Shown here: one piece after another, positions 1 to 19,754 of the stretch
Layout: each line of letters begins with the position of its first letter
Numbering within the stretch: position 1 is the first letter of the stretch
Assembly (NCBI GenBank): GCA_964016885.1
Contig: OZ024754.1
Span: forward strand, 40,920,001-40,984,000
Direction of reading: 5' to 3'
Length of the DNA stretch: 64,000 bases
DNA from: Eledone cirrhosa
Lineage: Eukaryota
Notes under the pieces: model-generated
The model's input: only the letters and a program-made list of their open reading frames with translations
What the model was told of the DNA's origin: nothing
Database searches by the model: none
Position numbers and translations under genes: made by a program

Positions 1-387
1 CACTAGCAATTTTCCTCACCTCTCTCCCCCATGCCACTAGCAATTTTCCTCACCTCTCTCCCCCATGCCACTAGCAATTTTCCTCTCCTCTCTCCCCCAT
101 GTCACTAGCAATTTTCCTCTCCTCTCTCCCCAATGCCACTAGCAATTTTCCTCTCCTCTCTCCCCAATGCCACTAGCAATTTTCCTCTCCTCTCTCCCCC
201 ATGCCACTAGCAATTTTCCTCACCTCTCTCCCCCATGCCACTAGCAATTTTCCTCACCTCTCTCCCCCATGCCACTAGCAATTTTCCTCACCTCTCTCCC
301 CCATGCCACTAGCAATTTTCCTCACCTCTCTCCCCCATGCCACTAGCAATTTTCCTCACCTCTCTCCCTCATATCAGTCTAGCAATT
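1..387. repeat. 34-bp minisatellite (CACTAGCAATTTTCCTCACCTCTCTCCCCCATGC), about 11 copies, truncated by window start; lies in the last RNASEK intron
   Basis: Unit recurs at 1, 35, 69, 103... directly visible. Confidence 0.95.
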
Positions 388-521
388 GCTGTATTTAATT
401 TTAGTATTAAAAGTTTAGTCCGTTATGACCCTCACAACCCATGTCAGCGCAGTTAAATGATGATATGTATTAGATAGGTTTTATTTTTTCTATTGTATCT
501 ATATATTTTTTCTCTTTCTAG

Positions 522-743
522 TCACTAATGGGTGTATTTCTACACATACGGAGTCCTGCTTTCTTCGAGGATTTACCCATTTCTGATTGGGAAGCTAACG
601 GTCACCATCCTGACTATATTAACAAAATGTATTCACAGGCATCTGTTAATTGTTTCATCGCAGCTGGACTCTATGTAGCAGTATTGGTATTCTCGATAGT
701 TCAACAGAGACAGAACGCCAGAGCCAGTTATGTCCTTTCCTAG
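522..743 (+). CDS. RNASEK: Ribonuclease kappa / V-ATPase subunit f, terminal coding exon
   Basis: Pyrimidine tract + AG at 520-521, then SLMGVFLHIRSPAFFEDLP...MYSQASVNCFIAAGLYVAVLVFSIVQQRQNARASYVLS*, matching the RNASEK C-terminal pattern (S..LIEDVP...YEQVSYNCFIAAGLY) from memory; AATAAA motifs downstream (~1116, ~1246). Confidence 0.92.
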   Translation, partial: SLMGVFLHIRSPAFFEDLPISDWEANGHHPDYINKMYSQASVNCFIAAGLYVAVLVFSIVQQRQNARASYVLS

Positions 744-1589
744 TGAAAACTGGAAGAGTTTTGTGTGTGAACAAGAATTGGGCTGCTTCTCTTGAACTGA
801 CTTCAGATGAAAGAAACCGAAATATAAACTAGAACTTGATGTTGAAAACAAAAGTTTTACAAAGATTTGTGTTCATCAGTCATGGAAACAGAGTAAAGTT
901 TTGATAAGCGATAGGCTTGCTCAATTTTTAGGTGTGTGTGTGGACAGATTTCTCTCTTCCTAGTCAAGAAAATTTTAACTAAATTTAAACTGGTAGTTGA
1001 GATGTGTAATTAAACCAAATGGATAACTGTCAGTTAATTAATTGTTGAAGATATGGAATTGATCAATAGATGTACTTTTTTCTTTTCTTTTTATTCAATA
1101 CGGATTGGAAAGAAAAATAAAACATTCCCTGCATTGTTTAAATGTATTTTGTAATGCTGAACCTCGTTTATATATATTTTGTTTGGGGATGTATGTGGTT
1201 ATTTTTTTTGTGTAATTGTTTGCAATAAGATACTGTTAATATTGAAATAAAATTTGTTGAAATTTACCTTGCCCCTTTTTTTTGTAAAGGGAGAATATCT
1301 GCAGTTATTGATATGAAAAATAAATATGGTGAGACTAGAAGTTATAGTTTTTAGGGGTAAACAATATTGAACTTGAGAAGACTCACAGCACATTTTTCAC
1401 TACCATGCAGCACTGTACATTATAGAGCCTCTAAACTCCCATCCTATCCTTATACTCTCGGTTCATCCACTGCTAATTAGACCACCTGGATAGCAGAAGC
1501 TATCAACTACGTCTGTGGATCCTTCCTGTGACTGGAAAAAGTTTATATCATTAGCAGTCTTCCTCACAATTTCTCCTGTGCATCTTCTA

Positions 1590-1760
1590 AAAGCAAATTT
1601 CAGGAAAGAATTGCTGGACAGATTTTATGGGCAAAACCAACTGGAAGGAGACCCAGGGGTAGACCTTGAATAAAATCAATAAGCTTGACTGGATCAATTG
1701 GAGACAGTTGCTTCTGACAAGACCCACTGGGAGGAGTGTGAGGACTCTTCCCCCCAGGAA
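1590..1760 (+). mobile_element. RTE-like LINE 3' fragment
   Basis: Degraded 'AKPTGRRPRGRP...W' tail; same family at 9060-9400(-), 19790-20135(+), 37130-37210(-), 55765-55960(-). Confidence 0.7.
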
Positions 1761-3119
1761 CAAGAACATACACACTATGATTTGGCAGGAAAGTCTATAT
1801 TTTGAAACAGGATTCTAAGTTATAAATATACATACCACTACAATATGGAAGGACTTTCCGTTGTGCAGGACCTTAAATACATATCTCCTGATGGCGCCAG
1901 TGGACAGACTAGGGAAAGCATTATCTTGGCGGAGTGAAGGTGATACATTGAAATAACCAGTTTAATTTATTAGCAGGAGAATATAGTAACTAAGGGAGGT
2001 AATTTCAATAAGGTCTGAGTCATCTCCCTTAAGCAAAACAAAATTGTTTACTTTAATAAGTGCAGAACGGTAAACTACTAATTTCACACACATATATATG
2101 GAGTCTGACGGACAGGTTTCCTTTTTATAATATAGATTACTACTGTCACAAGAATCTTAAGTCCTGTTATATTAAATCACTGAGTTGCTGATCATTTTCA
2201 AAATTATCTAGAAATATGGTAACGAAAAGATTAAATGTAAGAATCCCGTTGCATTTATGGAAAAATAAATGTTCATTTACTCCCTACGTCTATCTGATCA
2301 ATATTGAAATATTTTATCTTAAACTCATTTCTGGAAAATTCACTGGCGTCTACTAGACGACAGTGAATTTACCAGAACATTTACCATTAAAACGATGCTC
2401 CATAACTTTATAGGAAAGAAAGCATATATATTAGGATTGGTGCTCTGAAATAGCGATGTATAGTATATTTGGCTATATACCGCATATTTTCATGTATACA
2501 TCGCTATTACAGAGCAATCCTAATACCTAATTTTTGCTGGACCGGCAATCGCTCTGTATAATTACTGGAATTCTATAAGAATCCAACTATAATTTACGGC
2601 GAAAGCAGGGGAGTACGTGGCTCTGATGAACGCCAACCAGCGTGAAAGACTGTCAGCTTTTCTCGCCGAAAAGAAGTGACATAGTCACTACTTTAAAACC
2701 GATAGTGCATGGTCTTATGTTTTCAATATCGGGGCCCAAGCAAAAACTTGACCTTGTGTGGCTTCATAGATAAGTTTCTATTGTAATCATTTAAGGGTGG
2801 CAGTGTCTATAATTTTGACAATTGTCTGCCTATCTCTCACACACACACGTTTTCATGACATCCTCTATAATAGCTTCGCAGGCTATTAACTTAAATATAT
2901 TTGTAGTAGCATTCTTTTGTTCATTCATCGGCATTTTCACACATTGCTTATACAATATGGGACACCTTTTACATTCATAACGCAGGGACAATAACTTATG
3001 CCACGCTCAAATGAACAACAAACCAGCTTATTTTTTTGTGCTACATAACTCGAACTACATTTAATTTTATACACAAAGATCTTACTCAGATTGCAAATAA
3101 AAATGTTTCTGCTTTTGAC

Positions 3120-3345
3120 ACAAGGCCAGAACATTACTGGTACTTTATTTTATCGACCCCGTAAGGATGAAAGGCAAAGTTAACCTCGGCGGGATTTGAA
3201 AAATAAATAACTGTTTCTACTTTAGGCACAAGGCCAGCAATTACCCCAGTACATTACTGGTACTTTATTTTATCGACCCCGTAAGGATGAAAGGCAAAGT
3301 TAACCTCACGGGGATTTGAACTCGGACCGTAAAGGGACGTATATA
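3120..3345 (-). mobile_element. tRNA-derived SINE family A (two partial copies); further copies at ~11540-11645, 22860-23035, 25805-25900, 41040-41220, 44490-45365, 55370-55545, 59350-59460, 59940-60120, 60840-60930, 61160-61400, 61470-61590
   Basis: Recurrent near-identical block GGCACAAGGCCAGCAATT...GGTACTTTATTTTATCGACCCCGTAAGGATGAAAGGCAAAGTTAACCTCGGCGGGATTTGAACTC; reverse complement has Pol III A-box-like (TGGCAGTATCGG) and B-box-like (GTTCAAATCC) motifs. Confidence 0.9.
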
Positions 3346-3449
3346 ATGCTTACAGAACGAAAGCCCAAACGAATATAATTTATAGGGAGGGGGTGGACAA
3401 CCGAGCCCCGACTAAAAGATAACAGTATCGCGAGGAGTACTCGGAAACC

Positions 3450-3900
3450 TGATATTTGAGGCAAGCCACCACCCTCGCAGCCTTACATCGGATAATGACG
3501 AAAAGGGTGCTGGAACAAAGCGCCGTCACGAGCTTCAGTTACCTGTTAGGCGAACCGCCAGTGAAGATAGGAATCTCGCAGTCAGTAGCCCGACTCCCCC
3601 CAAATGTCGGGAATGTCACAGGATGGAAAATGTAGCTGACCGACAGGACACGGTATTTTAGGATTTTGTTCCGTTCGGCTGTGGCTCTCGCCCTAACCGC
3701 AGCACCCAGGATGTGGGAAGAAGTAAAAGAGTCGCTAACTGATGTTCCAGACAAGGTATCTGCCTCTCGATCAAGGGCGGCACAGGGTAAGGCCGTCAGG
3801 TCTTTTCCCCATCATTCTGGACAACCCAGATGGCTCCAAGATTGAGATGTTCGCCCGGGCCAAAGCTCACTTGAGAATAAGGTTTAGCTCCATGTGACGC
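3450..3900 (-). mobile_element. CRE-clade non-LTR retrotransposon 3' fragment (restriction-like endonuclease), frameshifted
   Basis: Minus-strand GKRPDGLTL... and ...AAVRARATAERNKILKYRVLSVSYIFHPVTF..., matching the RPDG / AE..K..KY..L / F.P motifs of CRE-type RLE domains. Confidence 0.65.
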
Positions 3901-3989
3901 TACATAATTACAATGTGTTAAACTAGGTTTCTTTTTAAGTAATAACCCAAACTCTTCTTTCAAGGGATCGAATTGATATGAAATCGATA

Positions 3990-4021
<32 letters not shown>

Positions 4022-4263
4022 AAAAAAAAAAAAAAAACAATCAACAAAAATTATTAAAAAACACATTAAGTGATCGTTTGAAGTATTTATTAAAATGAAA
4101 GCTACAAAATTATTTCAGTGAATTTTGTTGCAGAATCGAATGATGAAAAGTTGGAGTAAACATTTCTGTATTTTATGTAAATTAAATATTTCGACCTTTA
4201 AGTTTTCCTGTACCAGAGGAGATGAGATAAAGTACGAATAAAGACATTTTCTCTGTATTTGAA

Positions 4264-11829
<7,566 letters not shown>

Positions 11830-13291
11830 TCTTAATGTTTGTAATTTACAGCCGACACTCTACTTCAGATAAGCCTCTTCGTTGTTCTCGTTACACTTGT
11901 TGTGAATCCTTATAAACCCTAAACACATCTCGCTACTGTTGCAATCACTATTCTCATGTCATACGGCGAGTCCATTTCGACATTTTTATTTCTCCAATTT
12001 TTAACTTTATTTTTAACATCTACAGTTTTCTGTTTCGATTTCTAACAAATCTATAAATCATTTTCTCTTTTCCTCGCCAAATTTTAGAATAATGTAATTG
12101 TTGTTAATTTTTAAAAATTCTTGATAAAACTGTCGATGTTTATTCAATTGCTAACATTAACCATTTATTGAGATAAAATTTCAGTGATTGGCGATAATCG
12201 ATCTCTCTGTTTTCGATCTCAAATTGTAGTCAGACTTTTACTTCACTAAATTCATTAATGTCCGTTTTAAAGAAACAATCGTCACATCTTTCTGTTTAAC
12301 TTTTCTCCTGAGATGTAAAGCTTCTGTAACTGGTCAATATCAATTGATATTTGACAAAGTCTAACACTACACCATGAAATTCGTGAAATAATATATGAGC
12401 GAGACATTGGAGAGTTCAAAATCAAAATACTCCACAGCCTATATATCGAAGCAGACAACTTGACAGGTCTGTGTGAGAATCCTTTCAAATGTTTGCACGA
12501 GAAACACGAAGACTGCAGGGTTTCCTAGTCGAGTTACCATCCGCCCTACCATCGAGGTGGTGCAGGATATTAAAGGTTTTTAAAGAAGGACTTTCAGGAG
12601 CTCTGATAAAATGGACGAGGAGACTTTCTACTTGAAAAAAAAACACAAAAAAAAACACCAATCACCTCAACCTATCAGAATGACCATCACATATATTGGG
12701 ACTTTTAAAAAAAAGGGCCACTACAGAACATTGAATCAATATCCCATGGACTATGGCATTGACTTTAGATTGGCGATAACCACTGTCAAGGCTCAGAGAC
12801 AGCCAATGAACAAGATATGGGAGTATCTACTGACATCTCTGTTTTTAAAACGGACATTAATGAATTTAGTAAAGTAAAAGTCTGACTACAATTTGAGATC
12901 GGAAACAAAGAGATTGATAATCAATAATCACTGAAAGTTTATCTCAATAAATGGTTAATGTTAGCAATTTAATAAATATCGACAGTTTTATCAAGAATTA
13001 AAAAAAATAACAATAATTCCATTATTCTAAAATTTAGCGAGGAAAAGAGAAAATGATTTATAGATTTGTTAGAAATCGAAACAGGAAACTGTAGATGTTA
13101 AAAATAAAGTTTTTAAAAATTGGAGAAATAAAAATGTTTAAATGGACTCGTCGTATGACATGAGAACAATGGTTGCGACATATCTAATAGAAAATAGTGA
13201 TATGATTTATAAGGAGTCACTGAAGTGTAACGAAGAGGTTTATTGTATAGAGATTATCGGCTGTCTGAGTAAATCACAAACAACTTTAGTA
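11830..13291. promoter_or_regulatory. Putative shared bidirectional promoter region of copies 1 and 2, with inverted arms 11950-12277 / 12840-13167
   Basis: Divergent ATGs ~1.46 kb apart; ~330-bp highly similar inverted arms around a ~560-bp unique spacer. Promoter function is inferred from position. Confidence 0.55.
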
Positions 13292-15352
13292 ATGGGGAAA
13301 ATTTTATCGCAATTATTCGGGAAACGGCTATTGACAAACCGACATTTAATTTCTAAACGTGTCAGAGAGTCTTTTTCTAAAAGAAACCCCGAACAATTGA
13401 CTCTTAATTCTATTGGCGGGAGGGTTTATCCCTTTGAGAGTCTAGTATTTGAAGGGTGTGGTGTGAAGATTTACAGTTATTTTGGCGCCCTCAAAGTAAG
13501 ACATTATTCATAATTTGAAACTGTTTTGTTTTCATTTACTAAAGGTGTACATTTTTGTTGTCAGTTGTCCTGATCTAGGCATTAACAGCTACTTTTATTT
13601 AAATGTGAATCGATTCCCGAAAGTAATCAATATAGGTGTGGGTATTAGAATATAATTTCTCTGAACGAGACTCAATATTTAGACTTGCCGTATTTCCCGG
13701 GGCCGAAGACGCTTCGTCCTCGAGGACGCACCCTAATTTTGACAACCAAAAATTTGAAAAAAAAAAAAAATAAATAAACCACCTTCGGCCTCCAGGACGC
13801 ATGGTAGATGTTTGACATATTTTAGGAAAAAAAGTAGCGCCTTCGACGCCGGGAAATACGGTACATCTATATAGCTCCATAAAACAGGATTGGTCCTTTA
13901 TTTATTTATTTTTTTCGTTGACAGGTATTAGAAAGAACCGGGATCTTAAATAACATCAAACGGTTTGCCGGTGTTGGTACCGGTGCCTTTATAGCTGCTC
14001 TGGTAGCTTTTGATTACAATAGCGATGAAATACAAACTTTGTATAGCGGCCATTTGCTAAACGTATTGACAGGTAAGTTCTCTCATATAATTCCCAATAA
14101 CCTATATCTAAATGTTTCAATAATCCCAGTGGCTGGTGATCTCTGGTATCATGAATCCGAATTATGTCATTTCTTAGATAAAGCAGACGATATCGGACAA
14201 ACGTAATTTCGTCAGGTTAACTTTTGTGAAATATATTTTCCTCCATGAGGCTGGTTTATATTTTTGAGACTTATTGAGAAGGGCTTCGTTTACCCAAACA
14301 TAAAAGAAAAAACTATCGTTGCTATAGTTTACCCAAACATATAAGAAAAAAGTATCGTTGCTATAATTTACCTTAACATATAAAAGAAAGACTTCGTTGC
14401 AATAGTTTACCTTGACATATGAGAGAAAGACCTCGTTGCAATAGTTTAACCCAAACATACGAGAAGTATCGTTGTTATAATTTACCCCAAACATATGTGA
14501 GCTTTCATGCTCTTGTATGACTCGGTATTTTTATTTAATAATACCATCAAACCTCCTTGACTCATTCTAGTTAGTCGTAGTATCATTCACATTATATTTC
14601 ATCTTTTCTTGGTATCAACACATCTGTTACTTTACTGACAAATACTGGACAGTCAAGACATTTGGTTACATTTCTCTGATAATTACATGAATGTATTAGC
14701 TTTTATCCTACAATTTACTTGGGATTGTTTTTGTATTCGTTTAAACGTGTACGCACAATTTATTCCAGATTTTTCTCTAAGATCTAAATTTCTTTAATTA
14801 TCAAACTTCTATACTTCAGATGAGCGAACTAATTTAAAACGGCAGGGAAATAATCTGATCCAATTCTATGGCTGGTATCTCAGAGTATGTTTTCATAACT
14901 GGATTGGAGATTTGATAAAATCAAAGTTTAATGATAGGGAGCTCACATTTGGAGAGGTAAGACGTAAAAATATGTAAGGTTTGTGTATTAGACATGCGTT
15001 ATATATATATATATATACACACACACATACGATAGACAAGAGAGGCCACGTGTTGTCCCTCTCCGACTAAAAACTTCCCCCTCGGAAAACCCCCAGTTGA
15101 TGGATGCGAAATCCGAAATATAGGGACAATTAAATCACTTCCAAGGTAACTCTATCTCGTGTTATTATTTGTACACTCTTTCCTACGTTCCTCTACATCC
15201 TATACATCTCATTCAACATTTCCTCTTACATCTCTCTCTTTACCACCGGATTCAGTTACCTGGAGATTTACCCATCTGCATTGCTGAGGCTTCCAAAACG
15301 ACCAGTTTTATTATTCCACAATGCTTCAAGCAAACTTCAACACTCTCGTATG

Positions 15353-15396
<44 letters not shown>

Positions 15397-15554
15397 CACA
15401 CTAATGCTATTATGGAATCGATGAAATTGGTATGCACACTTTTCCTAGATATAACAAATCTCTTTAAATATTGCAAAGTCTGAATGTCCAAAACCAGAAA
15501 TGTTCGTTCCTATTGCCAGATCTGTGCATCTTTCTCTTTCTCTCTTTTTCTCTT

Positions 15555-15587
<33 letters not shown>

Positions 15588-15675
15588 TTTTTCTCTCTCC
15601 TCTCCTCTCTCTTCTCTCTCTCTCTCCTCTCTCTCTCTCTTCTCTCTCTCTCTTCTCTCTCTCTCTTCTCTCTCT

Positions 15676-15719
<44 letters not shown>

Positions 15720-18700
15720 TCTCTCTCTCTCTTCTCTCTCTCTCTCTCTCTTCTCTCTCTCTTCTCGCTCTCTCTCTCATTAAACGAAACTACATTTCTT
15801 TTTTAGTTATACCGATTGACAGGCAAGGAGCTGTGCATTGTTGTCACCAACGTCAACACACAACGTGAAGAATATTGTCACCCGAAAACTACCCCTAATC
15901 TTCGGATTACTACTGCCATTGTAATAGCTATGGTATTTCCAGGTTAGCATCACTTGTCAATATACAGGGGGGGGGGGGGGGGGGGGGCGTAAGTCGTGCA
16001 CCAAACCATTAAAAACAATTTAGTGTACATATTTAATACAGTTAATGTTAAGCCATTTAATGCTTTGTGAAGGTGCATGGCTTAGTGGTTAAGGCATTGG
16101 GCTTGCAATCGAAAGGTTGTGAGTTCAATTCTCGGACCGGGTGATGTGTTGTTTCCTTGAGCAAGACACTTCATTTCACATTGCCCCAGTTTACTCAGCT
16201 GTAGAAATGAGATGATAGGGACTGGGGTCCCTATCATTTAATTACCCAAGACACTTCCAACGAGATATACCTTGGAGGGGGGCCAGCTAAACCTTCATAG
16301 GTGTGAGCTGTCGCACACATTTAATGCTTTGATACGCGACTTAAGGCCCACTATGTATATCAATTTATCGAATCCATACATTTAACCATATTAGCTATTA
16401 TCAGGCCGGGTATTATCCCCAGTTTCCTTGGCGCTAAATGACAGAGTACAAGACTGTCTGGATAGGACGTTTGTCTATCGCAGGATTAACTCCTCACTCT
16501 CAACTGAGTGTACTGGAGCAATGTGAAATAAAGTGTCTTGCTCAAGAACACAACACAGCAGCCTGTCCAGGAATTGAACCAACGGTATTACGATCGTACA
16601 GCAAGTATCCTAAGCATTAGATTGCTAAAGACGAGGTAGTCACAACTAGAATACCTTTCTGAACATGTACTTCGTGAGATGACCTGTGGCTAAACTTGAC
16701 CGTAACGTGAATCTGACCTGGTCAATATAATACATATATCTAACTAGAAGTGAGATGACCTGTGGCTAAACTTGACCGCAGCGTGAATCTGACCTGGTCA
16801 ATATAATACATATATCTTACTAGAAGTGAGATGACCTGTGGCTAAACTTGACCGTAACGTGAATCTGACCTGGTCAATATAATACATATATCTAACTAGA
16901 AGTGAGATGACCTGTGGCTAAACTTGACCGTAGTGTGAATCTGACCTGGTCAATATAATACATATATCTTACTAGAAGTGAGATGACCTGTGGCTAAACT
17001 TGACCGCAGCGTGAATCTGACCTGGTCAATATAATACATATATCTTACTAGAAGTGAGATGACCTGTGGCTAAACTTGACCGTAACGTGAATCTGACCTG
17101 GTCAATATAATACATATATCTAACTAGAAGTGAGATGACATGTGGCTAAACTTGACCGCAGCGTGAATCTGACCTGGTCAATATAATACATATATCTAAC
17201 TAGAAGTGAGCTGACCTGTGGCTAAACTTGGCCGTAGTGTTAATCTGACCTGGTCAATATAATACATATATCTAACTAGAAGTGAGATGACCCGTGGCTA
17301 AACTTGACCGCAGCGTGAATCTGACCTGGTCAATATAATACATATATCTAACTAGAAGTGGGATGACCTGTGGCTAAACTTGACCGCAGCGTGAATCTGA
17401 CCTGGTCAATATAATACATATATCTTACTAGAAGTGAGATGACCTGTGGCTAAACTTGGCCGTAGCGTGAATCTGACCCGGTCAATATAATACATACATC
17501 TTACTAGAAGTGAGATGACCTGTGACTAAACTTGACCGCAGCGTGGATCTGACCTGGTCAATATAATACATATATCTAACTAGAAGTGAGATGACCTGTG
17601 GCTAAACTTGGCCGTAGTGTGAATCTGACCCGGTCAATATAATACATATATCTAACTAGAAGTGAGATGACCCGTGGCTAAACTTGACCGCAGCGTGAAT
17701 CTGACCTGGTCAATATAATACATATATCTAACTAGAAGTGGGATGACCTGTGGCTAAACTTGACCGCAGCGTGAATCTGACCTGGTCAATATAATACATA
17801 TATCTTACTAGAAGTGAGATGACCTGTGGCTAAACTTGGCCGTAGCGTGAATCTGACCCGGTCAATATAATACATATATCCTACTAGAAGTGAGATGACC
17901 TGTGGCTAAACTTGGCCGCAGCGTGAATCTGACCTGGTCAATATAATACATATATCTAACTAGAAGTGAGCTGACCTGTGGCTAAACTTGGCCGTAGTGT
18001 TAATCTGACCTGGTCAATATAATACATATATCTAACTAGAAGTGAGATGACCTGTGGCTAAACTTGACCGCAGCGTGAATCTGACCTGGTCAATATAATA
18101 CATATCTTACTAGAAGTGAGATGACCTGTGGCTAAACTTGGCCGTAGCGTGAATCTGACCCGGTCAATATAATACATACATCTTACTAGAAGTGAGATGA
18201 CCTGTGGCTAAACTTGACCGCAGCGTGGATCTGACCTGGTCAATATAATACATATATCTTACTAGAAGTGAGATGACCTGTGGCTAAACTTGGCCGTAGC
18301 GTTAATCTGACCCGGTTAATATAATACATACATCTTACTAGAAGTGAGATGACCTGTGGCTAAACTTGACCGTAGTGTGAATCTGACCTGGTCAATATAA
18401 TACATATCTTACTAGAAGTGAGATGCCCTGTGGCTAAACTTGACCGCAGCGTGGATCTGACCTGGTCAATATAATACATATATCTAACTAGAAGTGAGAT
18501 GACCTGTGGCTAAACTTGGCCGTAGTGTGAATCTGACCTGGTCAATATAATACATATCTTACTAGAAGTGAGATGACCTGTGGCTAAACTTGACCGTTCC
18601 TTTTAATAATTTAATATTCATTTGTTTCCAGGTACTTTCACTCCATTAAAAATAATCTCTGGGGAAATGACAAACTACTTCTTGGACGGAGGAGCAATCT

Positions 18701-19721
18701 GCAACTTCCCATTACATTGCTTTGATGGTGAGTAACGATGTGCGAAGACTTCCCCTGGATAGGACGATTATCAATATAATTATTTCACATTGCCTTTCTC
18801 TCTTTCTCTTTCTCTCTTTCTCTCTTTCTCTCTCTTTCTCTTTCTCTCTGTATATAAGTATTAATGAATATATGTACATGTTTCTAGGTTGGTGGTTATC
18901 CATGAAACCTGACGATTCCTTCTTTGATCAGTTGAACCCAGTTTACGATCGTTGTAGTTTCAATATGCAGAAATTCCAAACTCCAAATCCAACTACTTTG
19001 GGACTCCTGACGGTGAGTTGAATGTTAAAATGTTTATATTAATGGCTGCCAATGTTTGGTTAATGGGTCTTGGGATTATATCAATGGTCCAGTTTGGTTG
19101 GTGTTAAGTGAGACTTAAACATTTCTTTTATTTCTGATAGCTTGACGACTCTTGTGACTGTGAGTCGTACCAAGAACTGAACAACAGAGTTCAACAAATT
19201 GAAGCAAATAACTCCATTCCACGGACACAAATTGGACAGTAAGTTGAATCGTTTTTTGTCGAATTCAGCAATCTAATAAATCTTTTTTCATTTTGTTTGA
19301 CTTGGTCAGATGCGGAACGGAAGCATCTGGGAGCTTTTTCAGGCTCCTCCACACTGCTGAGAGAAAGTTAGTCTGCAGTTTTACAGTTTTAAAAGTAACT
19401 ATATCATTAGGTTAAATCGAATAGGGATATTACAACGATGATTATAATTTTTATCAATATAAATTTCTGATTTTTATCTTACTTTGAAGATTTCTCATTA
19501 ACATTAGTTTTTATATTCTCATTCCGGGTTTAATTTCGATTAAAACATTAGTTTACTACAAGTATTTAAGACGATACATATAGTTGCTTATTTTTTAAAA
19601 ATATTATTCTTACGATGTTACTCCATTAGCAAATACACTAACCAACAAGGTAGAAGAGAAACAGCAAAGACAGAACACAATATATTTCGTACAGCAAGTT
19701 TCAAACTTAGGCAGGTAAGTA

Positions 19722-19754
<33 letters not shown>

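Noticed and set aside
13142-13291. 50-codon in-frame extension upstream of copy 2 (MDSSYD...)
   Set aside because: The mirrored region of copy 1 is not open into exon 1 and all paralogues begin Met-Gly; ATG 13292 preferred, though not proven.
16674-18597. Regular repeat array resembling CRISPR
   Set aside because: No unique spacers, no cas genes, located in a spliceosomal intron.
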